Position numbers and translations under genes: made by a program
NCBI GenBank assembly: GCA_035575795.1
Contig: DATLXE010000559.1
Location: forward strand, 3,497-67,496
Origin: Gemmatimonadaceae bacterium
GTDB lineage: Bacteria; Gemmatimonadota; Gemmatimonadetes; Gemmatimonadales; Gemmatimonadaceae
DNA: 64,000 nucleotides
Reading direction: 5' to 3'
In this document: positions 19,286 to 28,649 of the stretch, one piece after another
Position numbering within the stretch: position 1 is the first letter of the stretch
Layout of the letters: each line of letters starts with the position of its first letter
The notes under the pieces: generated by a model
Database searches by the model: none
The model's input: the letters and a program-made list of their open reading frames with translations, nothing else
What the model was told of the DNA's origin: nothing

Positions 19286-20679
19286 TTTCCATCTCCGGTA
19301 AGCTCCGACGCGGTCAGCTTGAGCGACCGGCGCGCTTCGGGCGCGATGAGCACGCCGGCGATGTGATTCTTCCCGACGATATAGCGCCGCGCATATGCTC
19401 TGAGGTCGGCGAGTGTCTGCTGTGCCATGAAGTCAACGTATCCCATGTAGTACTCGAGGCTGGCGACGCTCCACCAGAAGCCGAGTGTGTGTGCGAAGCC
19501 TGATGCGCGCTCGCGATCGAACGCGGACGTTACGGCGCGATGCGCCTTCACCGCCTCGAGCTCCTCGGACGTGAAATATCCGGGGTTGTCGAACTTTGCG
19601 ATCTCGCCATAAAGCGTGGCGAGCGCTTCACGAAGCTGTTCGGGCGATGTCTGTCCGCTGATCGTTATCGGTCCGGTCTGGTTGAGCGTGTAGTAGTTGA
19701 CGCCCACCGCCTGCCAGAGCCCGCTGTCCACCAGCCGCTGCTGAAACTGTGAGCGCGAATCGTTGAGGACGTCGGAGAAGACATCGGCCGCGTAGGTTGA
19801 CTTCGGGTCCTGTCCGACGCTCGGCCCCTGCCACTGTATCTGGACGCTCACCGCGCCGACCGCCGCCTCGGCGATCACGCCCTCGCTCTTTGTCAGCGCC
19901 GGGATGGCAGGGATTGGATCGGCGATAAATGGATCCGCACCGCGCTTCCACTGACCCAGCTCTCGCTCGGCGAGCGCGAACACCGCCGCGGGCGTCACGT
20001 CTCCGGTGACGATCAGCGCGGCGTTGTTGGGCACGTAATACTTGCGCTGGATCTCGCGCATCTTTTCCGGCGTCGTCGTGAGGATGATCTGCCGGTTGCC
20101 GATGATGTTCTTTCTGCTGAAGCTGCCCGGGTAGAGCTTGTCGTCCATCATCTTCGAAAGCTCGAAGAACGGACTCGACTCGTTGCGATCGTACTCGCCG
20201 ATCACGACCTGTCGCTCGCGCTCGAGCTCGTCCTTGCGGAAGAGCGGCTCTCTCAGCGCGGCGCCGAGCAGCTCCATACCGCCCGCCAGCCGGTCAGAGG
20301 GCACCGTCATGTAGTAATTGACGCGCTCTTCCGACGTCGTGCCGTTGAAGACTGCGCCCATTCCCGATGCCCGGTCCCAGAACTGGTTCGGCTGCGGATA
20401 CTTGGCACTCGCGCGGAAGAACATGTGCTCGTACATGTGGGCGAGGCCTTCATACTCCGGCGACTGCGTGAACGAACCGTTCTTCACGTCGATCTCGAGC
20501 GTCGCGAGCGGGACGCCGTGGTTTTCCACGACGATCACCTCGAGTCCGTTTACCAGGACTTTCCGCTGGATGATCTTCTCCAGCTCGGCACGCTGCGCTC
20601 CCACCGACCCCGGAAAAATCAGTACGGCAGCAAGGAGCAGAGTGGCGCAAAAAGACGCGATACCTTTTCTTTCGGGCAT
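19282..20679 (-). CDS. M16 family zinc peptidase (pitrilysin-like), catalytic subunit
   Basis: NGLEVIV, GLAHMYEHMFF (HxxEH), NGTT, YYVPNNA; signal peptide from ATG 20679. Confidence 0.88.
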   Translation of the reverse strand: MPERKGIASFCATLLLAAVLIFPGSVGAQRAELEKIIQRKVLVNGLEVIVVENHGVPLATLEIDVKNGSFTQSPEYEGLAHMYEHMFFRASAKYPQPNQFWDRASGMGAVFNGTTSEERVNYYMTVPSDRLAGGMELLGAALREPLFRKDELERERQVVIGEYDRNESSPFFELSKMMDDKLYPGSFSRKNIIGNRQIILTTTPEKMREIQRKYYVPNNAALIVTGDVTPAAVFALAERELGQWKRGADPFIADPIPAIPALTKSEGVIAEAAVGAVSVQIQWQGPSVGQDPKSTYAADVFSDVLNDSRSQFQQRLVDSGLWQAVGVNYYTLNQTGPITISGQTSPEQLREALATLYGEIAKFDNPGYFTSEELEAVKAHRAVTSAFDRERASGFAHTLGFWWSVASLEYYMGYVDFMAQQTLADLRAYARRYIVGKNHIAGVLIAPEARRSLKLTASELTGDGK

Positions 20680-21634
20680 GTCAGATTCTGTTAAAGGCCG
20701 TTCAGTGATGGAAAAGGAGCTTGCCGCCAGACTTGGGGCGAAGAAGCTCAGGCGCAATGAGCCTCTTGGACAATACACCACGTTCAAGATAGGCGGTCCA
20801 GCCGACTTCTTTTACGATGCAACTTCCACCGACGAGCTGGCAGGGGCCATTACCGCCGCCAGGGAGCTCGACGTTCCATGGTTCGTGCTCGGACTCGGCG
20901 CAAACATCCTCGTCGGCGATAAGGGATTCCGCGGCCTCATCATCAGGAACACATCGCAGCATTTCAATTTTTCCGACGACGGAAAGCTGTGGGTGGAGAG
21001 CGGCGCGGTGATGGCGCGGCTGATTCCCGAAGCAGTCGAGCGCAACTGGTCGGGCCTCGAGCATTACGTCGGCATTCCGAGCACCGTCGGCGGCGCGGTG
21101 TGGCAAAACCTGCACTTTCTCTCGCCGGCACCCGAGCGCGAGCGCACGATGTTCATCGCCGAGGTGTTCGAGAGCTCCGAGCTGCTGACCGAGGAAGGGG
21201 AGCGCAAGACGGTGGACAAGGAGTACATGAATTTCGGTTATGACCAGAGCACGCTCCACCACCGACGTGACATCGCGCTGGCCGTAACGTTCCAGCTGAA
21301 TCGTTGCGACAGGGCGGTGATGCACAGGATCATGCAGGAGAACCTGAGCTGGCGGGGAGCGAGGCATCCCTGGCTTGAGTATCATCCGAGTGCCGGGTCG
21401 ATCTTCAAGAAGATCGAAGCCGTCGGCGCCGGCCGGCTGATCGACGATGTCGGACTCAAGGGATACCGCCACGGTGACGCACAGATATCGCACATCCACG
21501 CCAACATCATGGTCAACCTTGGCAAGGCGACGGCGAAGGATGTGAGGGAGCTGATCGCGCTGGCGCAGAAGAAAGTCGAGGAGAAGTCCGGACACCGTCT
21601 TGAGGTTGAGATCGGTTTCATCGGCGAGTTCTAG
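20678..21634 (+). CDS. murB: UDP-N-acetylenolpyruvoylglucosamine reductase
   Basis: TTFKIGGPA, LGLGANIL, GIPSTVGGA, SAGSIFK, HAN, LEVE. Start at 20678 or 20708. Confidence 0.9.
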   Translation: MSDSVKGRSVMEKELAARLGAKKLRRNEPLGQYTTFKIGGPADFFYDATSTDELAGAITAARELDVPWFVLGLGANILVGDKGFRGLIIRNTSQHFNFSDDGKLWVESGAVMARLIPEAVERNWSGLEHYVGIPSTVGGAVWQNLHFLSPAPERERTMFIAEVFESSELLTEEGERKTVDKEYMNFGYDQSTLHHRRDIALAVTFQLNRCDRAVMHRIMQENLSWRGARHPWLEYHPSAGSIFKKIEAVGAGRLIDDVGLKGYRHGDAQISHIHANIMVNLGKATAKDVRELIALAQKKVEEKSGHRLEVEIGFIGEF

Positions 21635-23580
21635 CTGGCGGAGAGCTTCTCCGCGCGCTCGGTGGCGGAGGTCCAGATTTCCAGCGCCGCATCCAGTTTT
21701 TTTCGCTGCTCGTCGAGCTCCTTGCCCATTCCAAGCGAGCGCTCCGTGCCCTCGCGCGAGGTGTAGAGCTCCGGATCTTCGAGCAGCGCCGTCAGCTCGG
21801 CGACTTTTCTCTCGAGCGACGCGACCTGCTTCTCCGCTTCTTCTACCTTGCGGCGCGCGTCACGCACGGCAGTCTTGCTCTGATCCCCCTGCGCTTCCTG
21901 GCGTCGCGTGGATTTTCTCTCTCTCACCCGGCGCAACGATTCCTGCTCGGCCGCTGAAACAGCGGCAGCGTGGGCGCGCTCCCGGCTCTGTTCTTCCCAC
22001 TCGGCGAAGGAACCCGGAAAATCTGTAATGTGGTGCTCGTGCAGGACCCACACGCGTGACGTGAGCGCGCGCAGCAGCGCGCGGTCGTGGCTGACGAGAA
22101 GAATCGTCCCTTCGTAGTCGTCGAGCGCATCCTCCAGCGCCTCGACTGACTCGATGTCGAGGTGATTCGTCGGCTCATCGAGAAGCAGAAAGTTTGCGCG
22201 CGTCAGAACCATCATCGCCAGCGCAACGCGTGCCCTCTCGCCGCCCGACAGCGTCTCCGCCCGCCGCTGTGCCTCGTCTCCCGAAAATCCGAAGCGCGCG
22301 AGATGTCCCTGCACCTGGCGCCGCTCCCACAGCGGCCGCAACTCGCTGATGATGTCGTACAACGCCCGATCAGTCGGCACCTGCGCCATGTCCTGCCGGT
22401 AGTAGCTCGGGGTTACCGAGCCGCCGAGCCGGAGCTCACCCGATTCGGCGTCACGGTCGCCGGCTAGAGTGCGGAGCAGCGTCGACTTGCCGCTGCCATT
22501 GGGTCCGATGAAGCCGACGATCTCGCCGCGCTGGATGGTGGCGGTGAAGTCGCTCACCAGCGTCCGCCGCTCAACACCAATGGTTACGCCGCGCGCGACC
22601 GCGACCTGGTCGCCGCCCCGCTCGCCAACGTCGAGCCGGAGCGCCATTGCCGCGTCTTCGCCGATGGGTGAGCTGAGCCTCGCCATTCGTGCCAGCTTCT
22701 TCCGCCGCCCTTTCGCCTGTTTCGTGTTCTGTCCGGCGAGATTGCGCCGGATGTAGTCTTCTTCGTTTGCAATCACGCGCTTCTGCTTGTCGTGCGAACG
22801 CTGCTGCGAGAGGCGGCGCTCCTCACGCTGCTGGACAAACGCTTCGTAGCCGCCGGTGTATGCGAAGGCCGTTCCGCCCTCGAGGTGCAGCACGTGATCG
22901 ACGACGCTCGCCAGGAAAGCGCGATCGTGGCTGATGAGGATAATCGTTTTCTGCGTCGCCTTCAGGTAATCCTCCAGCCACTTCGTCGTCTCGAGATCGA
23001 GGTGGTTGGTGGGTTCGTCGAGGAGAAGCACGTCCGCCGCGCTGACGAGCTGTCGCGCGAGGCCAAGTCGGCCGCGCTCGCCGCCGCTCAGCTGCGCGAG
23101 GGGCTGGGTCCGCGCCTTCTCCGCATCGAATCCCAAACCCTGCAGCACGGCATCGACGCGTGGTGGAAATGTGTAACCGCCCTCGTGGTCAAATCTTTCG
23201 AGATCCTTGTCGTAGCGCGCCAGCATCTGCGGGGTCGCCGCTTCGCCAACCACGGCAAGCTCATTGGCCTGCTCGGCGAGCGACTTCTCGAGCTTGAGCA
23301 GGTCGGCGAACTCGCCCGCGCCGGCTTCCCACACCGTGGTAGCGCCGCCGAAATCGCGGTGTTGCTCGAGCAGCGCCATGCGCAGTCCCGGGTGTCGCGT
23401 CACGATCCCTTCGGTCGGCTGCTGCGTTCCGGTGATCAGCCGGAAAAGTGTCGTCTTGCCGCTCCCGTTTCGCCCAAGGAACGCCCAGCGATCACCTTCG
23501 CCGATGGTGACGGTGATGTCCTTGAAGATCCGCGAGGCGCCGAACTCAACTCCGACGCTGGAGAGCGCTATCTGGGTCAA
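21631..23580 (-). CDS. ABC-F family ATPase (Uup-like)
   Basis: Two NBDs (GRNGSGKT and GPNGSGKS, LSGGE, LLLDEPTNHLD), no TM segments, C-terminal coiled coil. Confidence 0.92.
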   Translation of the reverse strand: MTQIALSSVGVEFGASRIFKDITVTIGEGDRWAFLGRNGSGKTTLFRLITGTQQPTEGIVTRHPGLRMALLEQHRDFGGATTVWEAGAGEFADLLKLEKSLAEQANELAVVGEAATPQMLARYDKDLERFDHEGGYTFPPRVDAVLQGLGFDAEKARTQPLAQLSGGERGRLGLARQLVSAADVLLLDEPTNHLDLETTKWLEDYLKATQKTIILISHDRAFLASVVDHVLHLEGGTAFAYTGGYEAFVQQREERRLSQQRSHDKQKRVIANEEDYIRRNLAGQNTKQAKGRRKKLARMARLSSPIGEDAAMALRLDVGERGGDQVAVARGVTIGVERRTLVSDFTATIQRGEIVGFIGPNGSGKSTLLRTLAGDRDAESGELRLGGSVTPSYYRQDMAQVPTDRALYDIISELRPLWERRQVQGHLARFGFSGDEAQRRAETLSGGERARVALAMMVLTRANFLLLDEPTNHLDIESVEALEDALDDYEGTILLVSHDRALLRALTSRVWVLHEHHITDFPGSFAEWEEQSRERAHAAAVSAAEQESLRRVRERKSTRRQEAQGDQSKTAVRDARRKVEEAEKQVASLERKVAELTALLEDPELYTSREGTERSLGMGKELDEQRKKLDAALEIWTSATERAEKLSAS

Positions 23581-24671
23581 ACGCTCAGCGCGCTCGCACA
23601 GGCAGCGAGGCAGCGATCGATGGTCGCGATAGTGTGGTCACCCATGTGACCGATGCGGAACGTCGATGATTTCAGCTTCCCGTATCCGCCACCGATCCTG
23701 ACTCCGCGCTCGGCGACCGCGGCAAGAAATTCTTCGCCGCGGCCAGCGGCGGGAAGCCGGATCGTCGAAACCGTTGGCGACTGCGCTCCCATCGGCGCAA
23801 TGTTGGCGAGATCGGTGCGCAGGTTCGTGCTCGTTGTTTCGACCCACTGCTGAACGCGAGCGGCCATCGCGCGGTGTCGTTCCCAGCGCGCCTCGATTCC
23901 CTCGGCGGCGATGTCCGTAAGTTGCGCTTCGAGCGCGTACATCAGGGAAACCGCCGGTGTGCTCGGCGTCTGGCTCTTCCTCGCATACGCATCGAGCTCG
24001 ACAACGTCGAAATAAACGCCCCGGTTACCGACGCCGCGCGCCTGGTCGACGAATGCCGGCGATGCGACGGCGAAGCCTAGGCCGGGCGGCAGGGCGAACG
24101 CTTTCTGCGATCCGGTGAGCACGAAGTCCAGCTTCCATTCATCGAAGCGCAGCTCGGCGCCGGCAAGGCCGCTGACGCTGTCGATGATGCACGTCACGCC
24201 GTAGCGGTGCGCCCCGTCGGAAAGGGCGCGCACATCGTTGAGGGCGCCGGTGGATGTCTCGGAGTGGGCGACGGTGACCGCGCTGTACTTGCGCGCGGCA
24301 AGCCTGTCCTCGAGCTGGCGCACGGCGTGAATCTGACCCCACGCGACCTCGTAGCGATCGACTTCTCTCCCGCACATCGCTGCGATGTGCGCGAAACGCT
24401 CGGAGAAGGCGCCGTTCACCAGGGCGAGGATGCGACCTGGCGGCGCGCAGCGGATCGCTGATTCCATCATCCCCGTGGCGGAGCATGCGGCGACGAGCAC
24501 AGGCTGCGTAGTCCGGAACACGGGCTTCAGGCCTTCCTGTATCCGCGCGTAGAGCTGCTCGAATTCGTCGCTTCGGTGCGGAATCATCGGCTTCAGCATT
24601 GCGCGCAGGATCTTTTCGCGGACCTCGGTTGGGCCGGGCAGAAAGAAAGTGCCGAACGTTGAATCGCTCAT
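23577..24671 (-). CDS. class V PLP aminotransferase (AGT/SPT-like), probable phosphoserine aminotransferase substitute
   Basis: PGPT, HSETSTG, DSVS, GSQKAFALPPG, FRIGHMG; directly downstream of serB. Confidence 0.85.
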   Translation of the reverse strand: MSDSTFGTFFLPGPTEVREKILRAMLKPMIPHRSDEFEQLYARIQEGLKPVFRTTQPVLVAACSATGMMESAIRCAPPGRILALVNGAFSERFAHIAAMCGREVDRYEVAWGQIHAVRQLEDRLAARKYSAVTVAHSETSTGALNDVRALSDGAHRYGVTCIIDSVSGLAGAELRFDEWKLDFVLTGSQKAFALPPGLGFAVASPAFVDQARGVGNRGVYFDVVELDAYARKSQTPSTPAVSLMYALEAQLTDIAAEGIEARWERHRAMAARVQQWVETTSTNLRTDLANIAPMGAQSPTVSTIRLPAAGRGEEFLAAVAERGVRIGGGYGKLKSSTFRIGHMGDHTIATIDRCLAACASALSV

Positions 24672-25312
24672 CCGAGTACCAGCCCCTTCAGCTCGTGAAA
24701 AGTCGCGACAGATCGCTCGGCTGCCGCGACCACACTGTCACGCGAAACGAATCCCGTGAATGCGACGAAAGAATCCACCGCTGGCCTGATTTCCGCGTCG
24801 GTCATGCCATCGCCCACGGCGATGATCGGACGCTCCAGGGCGAGCAGGTCGACGATCTGCCGCTTTCCGTTCTGGTGAGCGGCGGGGGCCATCTCGTCGA
24901 AACCCCAGTACTCACCTGCCGCGTCGAAGAATACCGAAACAGCGTGTACGTTGCTCTCCGGAATCTTGAGTCGGACAGCCAACGGCAGGATTGCTTCGCG
25001 GATGCCACCGCTCACAAGTAAAACGTTCACTCCGGCAGCCTTCATCTCGGAGATTGCACTCTCGGCGCCCGGAGCGATCGACTCGATGTACTCATCGCCA
25101 AGCACGCTGATTTCACTCTCGGTCGGTCGCACGAGCGCGAGCCGCTCCGAATAGATGGATTCGAGCGTTACCTCTCCCCGCATTGCCCCTTCGGTCAGCT
25201 CGCTTATTGCTCTGGCGACGCTATCGTCCCGAAGTGAGGCGAGCCAGTCGATGCCTTCGATTCCGCAAAGTGTCGAATCGACATCCAGCACCAGCGACCG
25301 GAACCGGGTCAA
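24668..25312 (-). CDS. serB: phosphoserine phosphatase (HAD-IB)
   Basis: DVDST, TEGAMRG, VSGG, VGDGMTD; TTG start at 25312 overlaps upstream TGA. Confidence 0.85.
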   Translation of the reverse strand: MTRFRSLVLDVDSTLCGIEGIDWLASLRDDSVARAISELTEGAMRGEVTLESIYSERLALVRPTESEISVLGDEYIESIAPGAESAISEMKAAGVNVLLVSGGIREAILPLAVRLKIPESNVHAVSVFFDAAGEYWGFDEMAPAAHQNGKRQIVDLLALERPIIAVGDGMTDAEIRPAVDSFVAFTGFVSRDSVVAAAERSVATFHELKGLVLG

Positions 25313-26676
25313 AGAATGTTTCCGGGAGCGAGGATACCGAGCGGATCCAGCTCGTGCTTGACCGCGGCCATCATTCCCATCTGCAAAGCGGTCATCTGCA
25401 GGGGTAGCCACTTTTTCTTGATTTTCCCGATGCCATGCTCAGCGGCGACCGTTCCTCCCATCCCCAGCACCGATTCGAGTGTGAGGCCAACGACCTCTTC
25501 TATGGTAGCGAGCTCCCCGGCGTCGCGGGCGATGTAGTTCTGGTGCGGGTGCCCGTTACCGGCGTGACCGTAGGTGACTGCCTGTTCGATCTTCCGGTCC
25601 GCCGCCAACCCACGTGAAAATCGAATTGCCTCGGCGAGGTTCCGGTACGGAACCGCCCAGTCAGTCGAAACCTTGCGCCCCCCGGCTTCACGGAACCGCG
25701 CGCCTCTCTCGTTCATGACGGACGGCACACTGTGACGGAACCGGCGCGCATCGCGGAGCCTCGATTCGCCGTCGAAAATCTGCGGATCCATGTCCGAGCC
25801 TGAGTTGTCCAGCAGTGCCAGCCATGCATCCAACACCGCGTCGAAATTTTCGCCTATCTCCTGTTCGACATACACGAGGGCGTTGGCGTCGCCCGGCCAG
25901 GGTACACTCGTGTCCGCCTTCCGCGCCATCTCGAACGCCTTGTCGTCGAAATATTCGATGCAGCGCGGCACAACGGTCGTTGCTTCGCGTGCCCGGACGA
26001 CAAACTCCAGCGCCATGTCTTCGCCACCGAAAGGGATACCGAGACCCAGCACCCGCGCGGGCAGTGGCAGCAGCGACAGTTCGGCCTCGACGACGACGCC
26101 GAGAGTTCCCTCACTGCCGATGAACCAGTCGATCGGATCGTGCGCGAGCGCATAGCCGACGGTGTTCTTTTCCAGCTCGGAGCGGCGCAGCTGGACCACG
26201 TCACCGCTCGCGAGTACGACCTTGAGGGCGCGGATGTGACTACGTGTCGCGCCATATCTGAATGTCCGTGCACCGGACGCGTTACATGCAATCGCGCCGC
26301 CGATGGTGGACTCCTCCTCGCTGGTCGGGTCCGGCGCGAAGAGAAGTCCCTCCGCCGCCGCGGCCCGCTTTATCGCTCCAAGCAGCGCTCCCGGTCGCAC
26401 GCGCATCATGCGGGCCTCCCGGTCGACCTCACCGATTCCATCGAATGAGCGGAGTGAGAGCACGATCCCGCGATCGGTGATCGAGGCGGCTGTCGTGCTC
26501 GTCTGCGCACCGGCACACGTCACGCTGGTCTTTCCGGCGGCGGCCTCTCGCATTATCTCGACGACTTCATCCACACTTTCAGGACGCGCGACTCCCTCAG
26601 GAACGAGATGAACGCCTGACGCATCCGTCTCGTAGGCGGCGCGAATCCCGGGATCGCGCACGATTTCAGCGCTCAT
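25309..26676 (-). CDS. FAD-binding oxidoreductase, GlcD / D-2-hydroxyacid dehydrogenase family
   Basis: PDPTS..STIGG..ACNASG, GSEGTLG, GHAGNGHPH, AEHGIG, DPLGILAPG. Confidence 0.88.
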   Translation of the reverse strand: MSAEIVRDPGIRAAYETDASGVHLVPEGVARPESVDEVVEIMREAAAGKTSVTCAGAQTSTTAASITDRGIVLSLRSFDGIGEVDREARMMRVRPGALLGAIKRAAAAEGLLFAPDPTSEEESTIGGAIACNASGARTFRYGATRSHIRALKVVLASGDVVQLRRSELEKNTVGYALAHDPIDWFIGSEGTLGVVVEAELSLLPLPARVLGLGIPFGGEDMALEFVVRAREATTVVPRCIEYFDDKAFEMARKADTSVPWPGDANALVYVEQEIGENFDAVLDAWLALLDNSGSDMDPQIFDGESRLRDARRFRHSVPSVMNERGARFREAGGRKVSTDWAVPYRNLAEAIRFSRGLAADRKIEQAVTYGHAGNGHPHQNYIARDAGELATIEEVVGLTLESVLGMGGTVAAEHGIGKIKKKWLPLQMTALQMGMMAAVKHELDPLGILAPGNIL

Positions 26677-28280
26677 CCTGACTGAAAACAGACGACCGAA
26701 GCGGAAAGCACTTCGGGCAGCTCCAGCAGCTTGTTCCGGATTGCTTCGCCGACATCTCCGTCGACGGAGATCGCAGCCAGCGCCTGACCGCCCTGGGCGA
26801 GACGGGCCTGATGATACTCGGCGATGTTGACGCCAGCGGCACCGAGCAATGTGCCGACCCGGCCGATGACACCCGGAACGTCGTTGTTGGTGAGGATGAT
26901 CAGCGTATCACGCGGCTGCACATCGACGTGGAAGGCGCCGATGCGTGTGAGTCGCATCGAGCTGCCCGGCTGCGCGCTCCCGCCGACGGCGATCTCCTGC
27001 ATGCCGCCGCTCAGGCGGACTTCGACGCCGTACGGGCTCTCCTGCGTCGCGGTCTCCGTTACCGACAACTCGATACCGCGTGCTTCCGCCATTGAGCGCG
27101 CGTTGATCAGGTTGAGACGCTCCTGCTCGACGGCGCCCTCGAGCACGCCTCGCGCCGCCGACGCGAGCAGCGCGGCGCGTGATCCGGCGAGCGCGCTCCC
27201 CGAGCGAAGGTCGATGCGCTGGACCGCGCGTGTGCCCTGCGCGGCAAGGATCGCGCGGGCGACTGCCGCGGCCCGGCGCGCGAGGATGAGACCAGGCTGT
27301 ACGTCAGCCCATTCTCCGCCGACGTCGGCGACGTTGATCGAGCGTGAGAGCTCGCCGCTCAGCAACGCATCGCGCACCGCGACGCAGACATCGACGGCTA
27401 CGTTCCGCTGCGCTTCAGCGGTGGACGCGCCGATGTGTGGAGTGAGAAGAACGTTGGGGAGCACACGCAGTGGGTGATCGGCGGGAAGCGGCTCCTTCTC
27501 GAATGCATCTACGACCGCGCCAGCGAGGGTGTTGCCGCGCAGCGCGTCGAAGAGAGCGACATCGTCGACGATGCCTCCGCGTGCCATGTTGACAACGACG
27601 GACCGCGAGGCGAGCCGCGCCAGCTCCTTCCGTCCGACCATTCCGGTGGTCTCGTCCGTCAGCGGCGTGTGAATGGTGAGGATATCGGATTCATCGAGCA
27701 GCGCGTCGAGTGTGTTCGTCCTCCGCACGCGGAGCGAGTCGAAGCGAGACTCCGCGACGTAGGGGTCGTAGGCGATCACCTCCATGCCGAATGCTCGCGC
27801 GCGCGTCGCGACTTCGCTCCCGATTCTTCCCAGTCCGACAATGCCGAGTGTGCGGCCCTTGAGCTCCGAGCCGAGCAGTGTGGAACGGTCCCAACGCCCT
27901 GTGCGCATCGAGGTGTCGGCGCGCGGGATGTGCCGCAGCAGGGATATCACCGCCCCGAAGAAAAGCTCGACGACGGCAATCGTATTCCCCGCTGGGGCAT
28001 TGATGACGGCAATGCCGAGGGAGGTGGCCACATCGAGGGCGATGTTATCCACCCCCACTCCTGCTCTGCCAACCACCTTGAGCCGCGTTGCTGCCTGAAG
28101 CAACTCGGCGGAGATCCGCGTCGCGCTGCGACCGACGATCGCGTCGTAGTCACCGATGCGCGCGAGGAGCTCGTCTTTCGGGAGCGTCGGTACTTCGTCC
28201 ACCGTCAGCGCGGATTCGGCGGAGAGAAGTGCCACGCCTTCCGGGTCGATCTCGTCGGTTACGAGAACTCTGAACGTCAT
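26673..28280 (-). CDS. serA: D-3-phosphoglycerate dehydrogenase (long type I, ASB and ACT domains)
   Basis: RAGVGVDNI, GLGRIG, NMARGG, TPHIGAST.EAQ, C-terminal NNDVPGVIGRVGT..NIA. Confidence 0.93.
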   Translation of the reverse strand: MTFRVLVTDEIDPEGVALLSAESALTVDEVPTLPKDELLARIGDYDAIVGRSATRISAELLQAATRLKVVGRAGVGVDNIALDVATSLGIAVINAPAGNTIAVVELFFGAVISLLRHIPRADTSMRTGRWDRSTLLGSELKGRTLGIVGLGRIGSEVATRARAFGMEVIAYDPYVAESRFDSLRVRRTNTLDALLDESDILTIHTPLTDETTGMVGRKELARLASRSVVVNMARGGIVDDVALFDALRGNTLAGAVVDAFEKEPLPADHPLRVLPNVLLTPHIGASTAEAQRNVAVDVCVAVRDALLSGELSRSINVADVGGEWADVQPGLILARRAAAVARAILAAQGTRAVQRIDLRSGSALAGSRAALLASAARGVLEGAVEQERLNLINARSMAEARGIELSVTETATQESPYGVEVRLSGGMQEIAVGGSAQPGSSMRLTRIGAFHVDVQPRDTLIILTNNDVPGVIGRVGTLLGAAGVNIAEYHQARLAQGGQALAAISVDGDVGEAIRNKLLELPEVLSASVVCFQSG

Positions 28281-28624
28281 TTCCCGATCCATTCCCGCCA
28301 TTGAGATTCGCCTGCGCCGAAAGTGAGCAGATTCCCCTGTCGCACGAGCGGCATTTTGAGAATCATCGGCTCATCCGCCAGCTTCTGCAGCCAGCGCTCG
28401 TCCGAAAGCTGCGTGTAGCGCAGTCCGAGCTCTTCGAACCGTTTTGAATCCCTGTCCACCAGCTGCGCCGCCCCAAACTTCTGCGCAAAGCGCCGCAGCT
28501 CGCCGAGTGAGGCGGCACGCTCCAACAGGTCGACAAAATGCGTCTTGATGCGCCGCTCGGCAAAGAACCGCAGGGCTTTTCTGGTTTCCGCGCTCTTTTT
28601 CACCCCAAATACCTGGACTTCCAC
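28277..28624 (-). CDS. ArsC/Spx/YffB family protein (no catalytic Cys)
   Basis: TRKALRFF, PMILKMPLV; CxxC position is KSAET. Confidence 0.8.
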   Translation of the reverse strand: MEVQVFGVKKSAETRKALRFFAERRIKTHFVDLLERAASLGELRRFAQKFGAAQLVDRDSKRFEELGLRYTQLSDERWLQKLADEPMILKMPLVRQGNLLTFGAGESQWREWIGK

Positions 28625-28649
28625 TTGGGTCTGTGTGATCCCGCGATGA

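Noticed and set aside
28277-28624. Arsenate reductase / arsenic resistance
   Set aside because: No catalytic cysteine and no ars genes; family-level call only.
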